DNA of 64,000 nucleotides from Amoebophrya sp. A120. Lineage: Eukaryota; Protista; Dinoflagellata. The position numbers were made by a program, and so were the translations under genes. Under the pieces are notes generated by a model. The model saw only the letters and a list, made by a program, of their open reading frames with translations, was not told the DNA's origin and did not search any database. This document shows, in pieces, positions 1 to 10,640 of this stretch; the first letter of the stretch is position 1, and every line of letters starts with the position of its first letter. The DNA is taken from the NCBI GenBank assembly GCA_905178155.1, contig CAJINV010000004.1, forward strand, positions 11,556,307-11,620,306, read 5' to 3'.

Positions 1-3000
1 GGTACTATCAAAGAGTCTTCTTCAACTCCTGCTCCTCGTCCTTGTGGTGGTGGTGTTCTAGTACCGCTGACCGACGACCAGCAGGACGACAACCATCATC
101 CTTCCACTTGTGCAACTACTACGCCATCGAACAGTAATATTAGAGATGAGGATGTTGAGCGTGAGCCAGAAGTGGTCGTGCAAGTGGCAGGTGTAGGTGG
201 TGTTGTGGCGACGAATAAAATTGAAGGAGCTTCTGGAACTGCAGGGACAACTACTTCAAATAAAGCCGGGACCACTACTAGTTCTTCATCGCGTGCGGAG
301 GACACGTTGGACCAACTTGCGAATATCCGGGACAACGTGGCAGTGAAGATAAACACAGACGATTTTTATGGAGATCAGAAGAAACTCTGCAACAGCACTC
401 CGAGGAACAAGATGACAAAAAATACTACCAATAAAGAGGAAATAACCGAACAGCAGCATGATGGTACAACCCCCAAACGCGAGTACATTCTCCTCACTGC
501 CGTGGAGGAAACCACCCAAACCAAATACGAAGACCCGCAAACCCCCGAGCAAAAAGAGGAAAACGCCCGTCGGCGCATCTTCGTGCGCGCGGTGGGTCTC
601 GAACAGTTCACCGGCAAGCGGCTGGCGAAAGGTGCGAGAGGTGGAGAGATGTTCGACGTGATCGCTTTCGTCGGCGACTACATCGCGCGGTATGACTGCG
701 CATCTCACCGGTTGTCGGATCCGACGTGTCGCACACCGTTGGAAGACGCGCTACTCCGGCCGGGCAAGCAGCCGCGGGGGACTTTGCGAAAAATCCCAAA
801 TGCGGACGCTCTGTTAGCGTGTCAGGGCGAGCTCCCGATCAATGCGTCGCAAACGGAGGCGGTGAACTCGTTTACGAAAAGGATATCCGTCATCGAGGGG
901 CCGCCGGGAACCGGGAAGAGCACGACGATCTACCACATTTTGCGGGCCTACGTCATGCAGCAGGAGGGAAATTGTATTTCTTCGTCTAAGGAGCGTGATG
1001 TTTACGGTATGGAACATCTCTTATCCGGCTCTTCCCTCTGTGCGACCGGCGGCAGAAGCAGAGCAACTTCCGTGACACAGCAGTTCACCAAGGCAATACA
1101 GGCTGTGTTGAATGCATCGCCTTCGAGAAGCTGCGGGCACTTGCAGAAGCCGGGAACAAGTACCAGAAGTGCGTTTGGCAGTACCGATTCAATGATGGCA
1201 AATAGTTCTTGTGTAAGAAATAAACCTACTACATCTTCTCTACCGTCTTTGTCCGCCGCGAGGGAGGAGGTTCAGGTTGCGCAAGAAAATAAATCTGTCC
1301 GTCCTCCCCGGGAGCGGTTCCAAAAAGCCGAGAAGGCGGCATTGGTGACTTGTGTGACGAACCAGGCGGTTAACGCGGTGATGGAAAAACTCGGACCACT
1401 GGACCAACACGGGGTCAAGTCCCTCGTCCTCGGGAATCCGAGCAAGATCGGAGCCGCCGCGGCGGCGTTCACGCTGGAAGAGAAGGCGAGAAACGATGTG
1501 TGGTGCCTGTTTATGAAAAAAGCCTCAACTCTCTTCAATAAGATGCGCAACGCGGTGGACAGCGCGCAGCGGTCGAGGGTGAATCGCTTGCTGGGCGGCG
1601 AGGGTGAGACAGCAAACCTTCCAGGTTTATATCCCGCTAGTGAGCAGAAGAAGACGAAACAGAACATCAAAGTACGGGACACCGGACTCCACTATCCGGA
1701 GCCCGCCCCCGGCCTTTCCAAGTCTCGCCTATCCTCCTTCGACATCCGATATGCCTTTTCGAAGAATTTCCCGGAAAAGTACGAGGAACTTGAAAAACAG
1801 AACAAGGAGCTTCTCGACAAGAAATTGAAAAAAGCGAAAAAATTTTTAGAAATTTGCTCCGCGCGCGACGAATGCACCGCGGAATTCGAGAAAGAACTGG
1901 AAAAAGCGCATTTGGAAGTCGTCGACGCGGTCCGGAGAAAGATCGCGCGGGCCTTTGTGGAGAATCATAAGTACAAGAAGACGGAGAAGTTGCGGCGTCT
2001 ATTTTGCAAGTGTGTGTCGAAAATCAATCACTTTTCCTCCTACTTGAAGCTCACCGCGGAGTGCCGTATCGTCCGGGAAACGAACGTGTTTCTCTTCACC
2101 ATCGCTTCTGCACACCAAATGCTGCGGCTCCGCCGGGAGTATGAGGAGGACTTCCCGAGCCGGATGGTGATGGGCATTTTGGACGAAGCGGGGGCGACGG
2201 CGGAAACTTACATCCCCTTGGTGCTGGAGACGGAAATCGAGAACTTGATCTTGCTCGGCGACCAGCGCCAGCTCCGGCCGTTGGTGATCGCGCCGGACGA
2301 GGAGAACATCGACGCGAAGCAGGTGAACCGCAGTCTGTTGGAGCGTATGCATTGCGAATATGTCTGGGTCTGGAAGGATGCGAACTTGTGATGCGCATTT
2401 CACAACACAGACAAATCTCTCATGCATAGGCAGCAAAAGGTGCCCACTTACTGTCACCAAAATGGGGGATTCGTCATGCGGATTAAGCAATGCGGAAGCT
2501 TTTCGAAATCTGTGATGCTAGGGCTTCCATGACAGACATTTAGTGTCATGCAAAAACAGCATGACAAAAATCTGCATTCTTCCAGACCCAGACACTTTTG
2601 CATTTGATAGAGCGGTGCGTCAACTGCAACAGCGGCAGCACCATGTTGCGAGAACAGTACAGGATGCCAAGGAAGTTGTGCAATTTGGTATCCACGTTGT
2701 TCTACGACTCCAAGTTGATCACGCCCGCGGCAAAAGTGGAGAAACTAGTTCCAGAAAACCAACTGCGGTGGGTCGACTGCGGTCGGGAAGACGAGATGCA
2801 AGTGGGCACGAGTTACGTAGCGCCGCTGCAGGTGGTGGCCGCGGTATGTCTGCTGTTGGGGCACGTGAGTTGTACTCGCTCTACTACTTCTGCTGCAGTA
2901 ATAAAACAAAAAGTGGGGACGACCACTCCTGCTGCAGCTTCGGCTACCAGCAAAAGCATGCCGGCGTTAGAGGAGGCCGCGACAGGAGCAGTTTTGTCCA

Positions 3001-4532
3001 CGAGCACGACGGCCGAGACGCCTTCGAGTAGTAGCACAACCCCCTTCTCGTCGGAAGGTGCAGAAGGGAGTAGTGACGGAGAAATAAGCAAGTCGAAGTC
3101 CAGTTTTTCGGGCAGTTTCTTGGAGAAGACGGACGAAAATGAAAATTCTACAACGAATTGTTCAGTGGAAAGAACATCAGCGACATTGGAAACTGAAGAA
3201 CATCAACCCGCAGTAAAATCTTCTGTCGACTTCCTCTCCGATGCGAAGGCGGAGGTGATGATCATCTGCATGTACTTGCCCCAAATGCGCCTGCTCCGCG
3301 CGGCCCTCCCGGCGTCGCTCCTCCAAAGACCGGGCTTCCGGATTGTCACGGTCGATGCGGCGCAAGGCACGGAAGCCGACCACGTGGTCCTAATTGCGGG
3401 GAGGTGCAACCCCTGGGCCAAGGTCGGGTTCACCAAGGTGAAGAACCGCCTCAACGTGGCGATTTCGCGCGCGAAGCAGAGTTTGACCGTGATCGGATGT
3501 GAACAAACCATGCGGAGCGACCGGAATTGGCGACAACTGATTGAATCCTGCACGCCGTTCGACTGGCCGGCTGCGGTCACGTGCGGCGAACCGGGACTGG
3601 AGCGCCGAGGAAACAATACGAAAGCCGGCACGGGTTTTATTTCAGGATCGTTGTCGAAAAAGACTCTAGTGTCGCTGGTATCTGCAGCGGATGCGCAGGC
3701 GGTCAGCGATAATGTGGCGAAAATAATGTCGACGCAGTTTGCTAATGCACAATCTCTGGAACAAACAAGTTGCGGGAACACCCCGAGGAGCTGGAATAGC
3801 ACGCCGAGAAATCAACAAGGGAAGAAGGGCGCCGGGAAATCAACTGGCACAGGAAAAAATAATGGAGCGCAAGAAGGTCCTGACGAAAGCAAGAGCAATA
3901 CATTCTTTTCATTTAGTGGAAATGGTGAGAAAAAAGGCAAGAAAAGCAAGGGCAAAGGGAAGAACGGCGACAAGCAGAGCAAGGGTAAGGGAAAAGGGCA
4001 AGGGCAAAGCAAAATAGACAACAAGATACTGCCGAAGGTTGAGAAAATAACACCCGCTCTACTGGGAAAAGACGACGATGAAAGCAGTACGGAAGAGCCT
4101 CTCGTCTCCGACCGTGCAGCCCTTCGTTCTCGGGACTCTCGCCTGAAACAAAAAGGTTGGATCAAGGTTTACTTTAGCACCACGGAAGCGAACGCGGCCC
4201 TGATTGAGCAAAACGGGAACAAGCTTCTAGGCGGCGCGCAAAACGACCCAAGCAAAGGGTTTTTTCTCACCACGAACCCCCGCCTTGCGTCTGGAGGCGT
4301 TGTGTACAAAGTCCTGGCCCGCCTTGGTGCGATAGAAAGGCGAGGTTTTGGTAAGAAATCGTTGCCACGCGGGTTTGCGAACCTTTCGAGCCGGGGAAAG
4401 GATTCCGAGGAACTGAGCCCGGTAGTTTGGATGGTCTACCACACGGACCAGGTGAAGATCCTGTGCCTAGATAGAGAATTGACTGATTACGCCGCTGCCC
4501 AGTTGTCGGACAGCTGGTCTGATAGTTCTTAA
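1..4532 (+). CDS. UPF1/DNA2-NAM7-like SF1 helicase with C-terminal ADP-ribosyltransferase (PARP/Gig2)-like domain; 5'-partial; exons <1-2345, 2615-4532
   Basis: Frame open from base 1; motifs GPPGTGKS, VTNQAVN, ILDEAG, LGDQRQLRP, LREQYRM, TVDAAQGTEAD, RLNVAISRAK; splicing the 2346 element joins SLLER to CVNC; C-terminal GWIKVYFST..GFFLTTNPRLA..ARLG..VYHTDQVKIL. Confidence 0.9.
2346..2609. mobile_element. Introner family A (TIR tat..atgcaaaaatgtctgggtctggaag)
   Basis: TIRs; DR gagcg/gagcg; removal restores helicase frame. Confidence 0.95.
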
Positions 4533-5110
4533 CCAGTGCCACTACACACGGGCACGGGGTGGCTAAGTACTTGCACTTACGATCATGCCAAACGAGAACA
4601 TAGAAGATAAGTGGAAAAAGCTGTGCAGCATCAGACAAACTGAGCTTATCAAGGAGCAAGCCGCTGAGCAGGAGCACTAGCCAGCAGCGTTCTTGTATGA
4701 TGGTTTTAATGGTTGCTTTTTATCCTGGGCCTTGATGAAAAAATACGCCCAAAAATCGTTTTTGACAAAAGTAGTGTAAAATCATTCCAAAAAACGAGAA
4801 CATTCATTCTGGCGAACTTTACTGTACGAGTACGACACGATTTTCTGAGGAGAGCCTGAAGCACACGACACACGACTACGCGCTTCCTCCTCGACAAAAC
4901 AAAGATATTCGAACAAAAAGGGTCGAGACCGAGTCTTGCAAACCGAAAACCGGTAATCAATACGTTTGTTCCACCGCCCCAGGGTAAGCCGTCCCTTCGT
5001 GTTTAAGTTCTTTGCTTGCTCTCCGTCCTTGATCTGTCGCGCCAAAGTTTGATATTAAGGTCTTCTTTGCGGAAGATGTTCAAAAATCTTTCCTAGATCA
5101 CGATAGCTGC

Positions 5111-5731
5111 ATGATGTTGAGTGCAAAAAGCAGACGGATCATGATCGGAAAAAATGGTTTCTTCTCTCTGTTCTTTGTGTTTCTCCTTTCCACAAGCACT
5201 CTAACGCAAGTCCTCGCGTGGCGACTCCGGTCATCCAGCGTTGAAAGCACGGCGGCTGCCACTGCTACCGCGTCCTCTCGCCAGGCCGTCGATAACGAGA
5301 GCGGATTGCCAGCAGCAGGAGAAAAATCGCAATCCAGCGCCGAACGCTTCGCGCAGACCGGGTTGCTTGCCATCCGCCCTGCCACTCCGGCGGGATTGGA
5401 ACATCAGCGAAAAACCACGGTCCACCGAAAGGCGAATGGGATCGTCAGAACAGAAAGCCCGCGACGGAATGAAGAGGATGATCAGGAGCATGTCGACACG
5501 GGAAAGGGCAGCAAGAGGACCCTGGCCACGTTGCCGCAAGTTGGGCAGCTGGTCTTGCTGGACAAGAAGGAAACTGCGGCGAAGAACAGCATCGGGCGAT
5601 CCACGTCTTTGCCCATGCTGAGTACGTTCTGCACGGAAACCAGCGACGCTGCCAGGAGCGTCAAGCCGCCGCCGCTGCGTCCGAGGGTTTTGCCGAGGAA
5701 TCCGTTTCATCCCGCCTTTTCAAAAAAGTAG
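5111..5731 (+). CDS. Hypothetical protein, possible signal peptide
   Basis: 206-aa ORF with N-terminal hydrophobic stretch FFSLFFVFLLSTSTLTQVLA; no recognisable domain. Confidence 0.45.
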   Translation: MMLSAKSRRIMIGKNGFFSLFFVFLLSTSTLTQVLAWRLRSSSVESTAAATATASSRQAVDNESGLPAAGEKSQSSAERFAQTGLLAIRPATPAGLEHQRKTTVHRKANGIVRTESPRRNEEDDQEHVDTGKGSKRTLATLPQVGQLVLLDKKETAAKNSIGRSTSLPMLSTFCTETSDAARSVKPPPLRPRVLPRNPFHPAFSKK

Positions 5732-6251
5732 CGAAACATTTTTGTATGATTCTATTTTCCGGGTTTCATCACAGAAAATGAAAAAGGATAATCTCGAGAT
5801 GATCAGAGTTAGGCTGGTAGTACGTGGCTGTTGCAGCAAAGCGACACGACGCGCAGCAGGAATTGCGCTTGACTTTTTGTCTCATGCAGTATAATAAGTA
5901 GGTGTAAGTCGATGTAGATCGGCCCAAGCAACAGTTGTAGTTGAGTATGCTCTGAGTGCAGTTCTTTTGTCTGCGAAACGTAACATTTGAAAATGAACGG
6001 CTGGCGCTGGGGTAAGACGCACCTCCTCCTTCAACTTAAAGTTTCATTTGCTCATGGGCTCGTATCAAGCAGAATGTTCGCGCGCCGTCGTCAAGCAGAT
6101 GCTGTCAAGCTGTTTCGCTCATGCCACTGTGACCGCTTCGGTGTTTCTGTTTACTGATCAGAAGACTGAACTGCAATGTTTAGTAGCTCCTTTCGTTTCT
6201 TTGGAAACAAAAGTGTCCCCAGAAGTGAGTTGAGCTCATTCTTCAAGCAAC

Positions 6252-7022
6252 ATGGCGCTTCCCGCTCCAGTGCAGGTGACCAGCGAAGGCTGGGTCGATA
6301 TGCACCACTGCACGGGAATTTCCGCTGCGGAGTCCATCCTCTCCAGTCGGCAATTTCGCGCTGGCACGGACGGCTACTTGGGTGGGGCGATCTACTTTTC
6401 TAAAAGTTACGAGGAGGCGATGCGGCGGGCGCAGGGGGTGAAGAACGTGGAGGAGGAACAGGTCGTCTTGTCCGCGCGGGTCTACTTGGGGAGGTGCGGG
6501 CACTTCGAGAAGGGCACGATCGTCGACGGGCCGCTGTTGAACCAGTACAAGCTCAATTCCGCCAAGGTGTTCGGGCGCGAAGACAGTTACTGTCTCGCCG
6601 ACACCAACAAGTACCGCGCGGACCCGCTGGGGCGGGTGAAGTGGATCTTTCGCTGCGATGACCTGTCGGAGACTGAGACCGACTGCACAAAGGTAGCATG
6701 TAGGATAGCGTATGTCGAGTGCGGTGTGTGCTACCTGAAGAAGGTATTGGAGCGGACCTACGACGCGCACGTGGCGGAATTCGGGGATGACGGAATCGGA
6801 GCAGTTGATCTGGTTGCCGGCACCTTCGCGAGACCGGCAACTGCTGGTAAGTCGCTTGGGCCGAAGCAGTTGCGAAACGAAGCGGGCGGCGGTAGGGGTC
6901 AGGAAAGCGAGTGCGTTCTTTTGCGGTACAAGGCCGGCTGCCAGATTTGCCAGAAGTACGGTCCCTCACAGGACAGCGCGGAGCTTGTACAAAAGTTGAA
7001 AAAGAATAAGAAAAGCGATTGA
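6252..7022 (+). CDS. Gig2-like / PARP-fold ADP-ribosyltransferase domain protein
   Basis: HHCT..AESI..FRAGTDGYLGGAIYFS..VVLSARVYLG pattern resembles Gig2/PARP catalytic core; paralogue at 13985. Confidence 0.75.
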   Translation: MALPAPVQVTSEGWVDMHHCTGISAAESILSSRQFRAGTDGYLGGAIYFSKSYEEAMRRAQGVKNVEEEQVVLSARVYLGRCGHFEKGTIVDGPLLNQYKLNSAKVFGREDSYCLADTNKYRADPLGRVKWIFRCDDLSETETDCTKVACRIAYVECGVCYLKKVLERTYDAHVAEFGDDGIGAVDLVAGTFARPATAGKSLGPKQLRNEAGGGRGQESECVLLRYKAGCQICQKYGPSQDSAELVQKLKKNKKSD

Positions 7023-7784
7023 ACCATTCCGCAAGTGACGAACTAATCATTCCGAAATTCCGATTCTGTTGAAACTTGTTTTTTCCAGCGAAGTTGTACA
7101 TCACAATTCTAAATCTAAAGCATTTAATTCAGATACAGATTTTCATGATACTCAGTCCCTGTCCCGAGTAGATGATTCTTCTTTTTGTGTATGGGTTCCT
7201 TGAAGTTTTTTTTTTGAATATGAAATGCGGCACAAGCTCTTTGACCACTTTGACATGTGTTCAGGCAAGAAAAGTCAGCGGAGACATCCATCATGATGTG
7301 CTTTAGAGCTGACTTTGTTCATACCGTCGATTTGGGGTGTATGATAGGAAAGAATGAGTCAGGGTAACTGCGTGCGTTCAACAGATATTTCCATTCCATC
7401 TGATATTGGCAGCGGAGCACTAAGGCTGAACGTAGAAGATCGTGAGAGATTGGAGAAGTTCCATGCAAGTTGTCGCAGCGATGCTACCCGCACCGCCTGA
7501 GCTTGTCTCTATGTGAGGCGTGAGCCGCACACCGCGAACGCTTTTTGTGAATCAGTATTGTAAGCATTGCCTTCGAATTCGATTCCTGTGACTTATAGGT
7601 CTGGAGCTGGTCTCACACGCACGTTTACGCCCGTAGTGTAATGACCTAGGGAATATGAACGAACAGTAAGAATAACGCATTATAGAAACGCATTGTACTT
7701 ATTTTACGCCAGCGCGCTGCGATCAGGCTTTCAAAAAGACACGCACAGAAAAGTTTTCGAAAGTTCGATTGATTTTTCGACAAA

Positions 7785-10256
7785 ATGAACCACAGCTGCA
7801 ACATTGTACGTGAAACCGAGGATGAAACGATCCGCCATTTCCCGATTCAGGTTCCGACTGAGCCGGAGCCAGACCGCGCCGGCTTGGGGGTGATTTCCTA
7901 TGTTTTGACGCATGTTGACGTGGAGACGTTGCACAGACCTTTCGGATTGCCTCAGCATCCGGGAAGCTTCGCCAATTACGAGCCGCCATTGCGAGCGTTC
8001 CAATTTTTCGAGTGTAGTGCGATAGTGGAAATCATTCGGGCAGAAATGAGTGCCGCCGCGCGCCAGAAGAAGTTCGCACCGCGCGTAGGGAACCCAACCA
8101 ACCCTCGCAGCAAGACGGAGAAGCACATAAACTTTATTTTTCAGTCGCGTTACACTTCGGGGAGTACATATAGTTTGAACTCCAGCTTGGGCGCAGTCTT
8201 CGAGCCCAGCACAAACTCCGGAAATCTCTGGGCTCAGTGGCACGGCTGGCTTGTCTTGTTGCAGGAAGCGCCCCACGGTGCAGGAGGTTTGCCTCGGAAT
8301 ATTGCTCTTGGTTTTTGTGAAGTCAAGGAGGGAACTGTCAGTTTGCACTGTTTCTCTCTTCACAAGTTCGGTGAGCACAAGCGTTACTTCGTGCGCCCGC
8401 TGAGCAATGCCCTGTTCAATAAGAAGTACTACGCTGCTTTGACGGATCTGTTTGACACGACGTACGGCCGGAGAGTTGCAGAGCAGCTGACACGTGGAGA
8501 CGGTCCGGCCAGGGTTTTGCTATCAGGGACAGCGAACGATTGGGGTCTCGAATCGGCTGTGGAGCGGCTTGCTGCTTCCTGGCAAGGAGTGGCACCTTTC
8601 AACCATCAACAGCTGCGTGCCTTGGCGCTTGAGCGGCTGAGCATGAATGGTGTCGTGCTCATACAGGGCCCACCCGGCACCGGAAAATCACACCTCATTG
8701 TCAACGGCCTGGTGCCCGAACAAGTTGCAAACAGACAAAAAACACTTGTCGTTTGTAATTCCAACACGGCGATTGATGACTTAATGTTGAAAGTTATCAG
8801 GAATAACACGATTCGAGAAGACCAGCTGCTGCGGGTCGGCGATTAACGAAGCGTAAATCCTAGCATCAAAGAAAGGGGCCTGTATTCGAAAGCATGGAAT
8901 GGACTAAACGAGGATCGTCGAAGGCGGTGCGTCTTCTTTACCACAATCTATCACGCGTCGAAGCCACACGTCGAAAAAGACTGGGATTCTCAATTGAAGA
9001 AAGTGTCCGCGTGGGATTTCCAGACCTTGGTCATGGACGAAGCGGGACAAATTGAAGACGCAAAGTTGTTTGCCATCCTGGCACGCTATCCGATGCTGAA
9101 AAAAATAATCCTCGTTGGCGACCCGCAGCAATTGCAGCCCTACGTGCCACAGACGATGCGGGAGCTCGGCTACGGAAAAAGCACGATGGAGCGTATCATG
9201 GAAATTGCCAAGCAAGCACAGCTACCGAGCGGACAGATGTGCCACGTGATGTTGGACGAGCAGCATCGGATGCCACCCATGATATCGAACGTGATCTCCG
9301 GCTTGTACTACAATGGTAGGCTGCGAGATGCACAGGCAAGCATGCACAATGGACCGAGAGCAGGTCTGCCGTGGAAGCCACTTGTCGTCATTGACTACCA
9401 GGGAGGGCAGATGAAATGGTGCAGTGCCTCTCGGTCTTTCAGTAACGAGAACGAGGCTGAGGTCGTGCGTGTGGTAGTCGACTTTGTAACGCAAAATGCA
9501 GGTGGCATGCTTGATCCGCCGCAGCGGTTGTCCAGTCGTGACTTCTGTATCCTAACGCCGTTTCGCGCCCATAACAACCTACTCAAGTAAGTAAATACGT
9601 TTTTCATTTTGTGCACTTGATCATGTAGTGATTAGCGTGGCATCTGTCTACGGCTCGGTATGGGTCATCAAGAACCTCGCAGCAAAGTGAACATCAAAAT
9701 TAACTGCATCAAACACAGGAGAAAGCTAGCGGGCCAGACAGCAGAACAGATCGCAGATGAAGAAGATGACAGTTTCAACGCCGACCCGGATCGGGAGTTT
9801 CAGTCGCCATTTTTTCAAGCGACAGCACAAGCTTCACAAATTCCCAAAGGAAACATCGATACGGTAGACAGGTTTCAAGGGTCGGAGAAGGCTGTGGTAT
9901 TTGTCTCTGCGTGCGTAGACTCGAATCTGTCCCGTGCCGCAGATCCGCACTTCATCAACGTAGCCTGTTCGCGTGCGAAGCACATGCTGTTTTTAGTTGG
10001 GAATTTTTCTGCGCTGGGAAAGCATCCAGATTGGAGGTGCTGGTTGGAGGAAGCGCAAGCAGAAGGCGTGTACATTAATCTAGGGGATGTGAGCAACCTG
10101 ATCACCGTAAACACGATGTTGCGGCAAACACTGCTCGCGCCACAGGATTCACGCCCGAGCCGAGGACCAGGATTCATGCCCGACACAAGGGCCAGATCGC
10201 CGAGAAGGCAGGAGCGATCTGGCTCCCCATTGCGGATGATCAACCCATTGCGTTGA
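7785..10256 (+). CDS. Second UPF1/DNA2-NAM7-like SF1 helicase; exons 7785-9586, 9719-10256; one in-frame TAA at 8844-8846 (possible pseudogene)
   Basis: IQGPPGTGKS, NSNTAID, MDEAGQ, VGDPQQLQP, LDEQHRM, TVDRFQGSEK, INVACSRAK; frame continues unchanged across the TAA. Confidence 0.85.
9587..9718 (+). other. Canonical GT-AG intron
   Basis: gtaagt...cacag; joins NLLK to RKLAG in frame. Confidence 0.8.
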
Positions 10257-10640
10257 TCGAACAATCGGAACAATAGTTGCAGAACGTAAGGGGTGTACTC
10301 GTTCCCGTGTAAACGTCCCGCTGGTGTTCTTGAGCTCTTACTTAGTGACAAAAAAGGGCTGATAGAAGTGTTCTGCGTGATTGGTTGGCTTCTGAACGAT
10401 TTTTCCCTTTGTTGCTCTGTTTGCTCGGACAGCATGGCAAGATGGAAGAGGAAGGTGTCAAAAGTGCGAGGCATTCTTTTTTTTAGCAGGGTCATACCGA
10501 TCGTGATCGTGTAAGTGAATCAGTAATAGTTTGATCGAGTTCGTTGAGATCGAGTTCCACTTAGTACCATTTTGAAACCAAAAGTGCTTTGAGGTTGACA
10601 CAGCAAATACGTTTGCACTGATCGAAACGATTCACATACA

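Noticed and set aside
7785-10256. Genome-wide stop-codon reassignment
   Set aside because: Only one internal TAA; about 10,000 other reconstructed codons show none, and genes end in TAA, TAG or TGA
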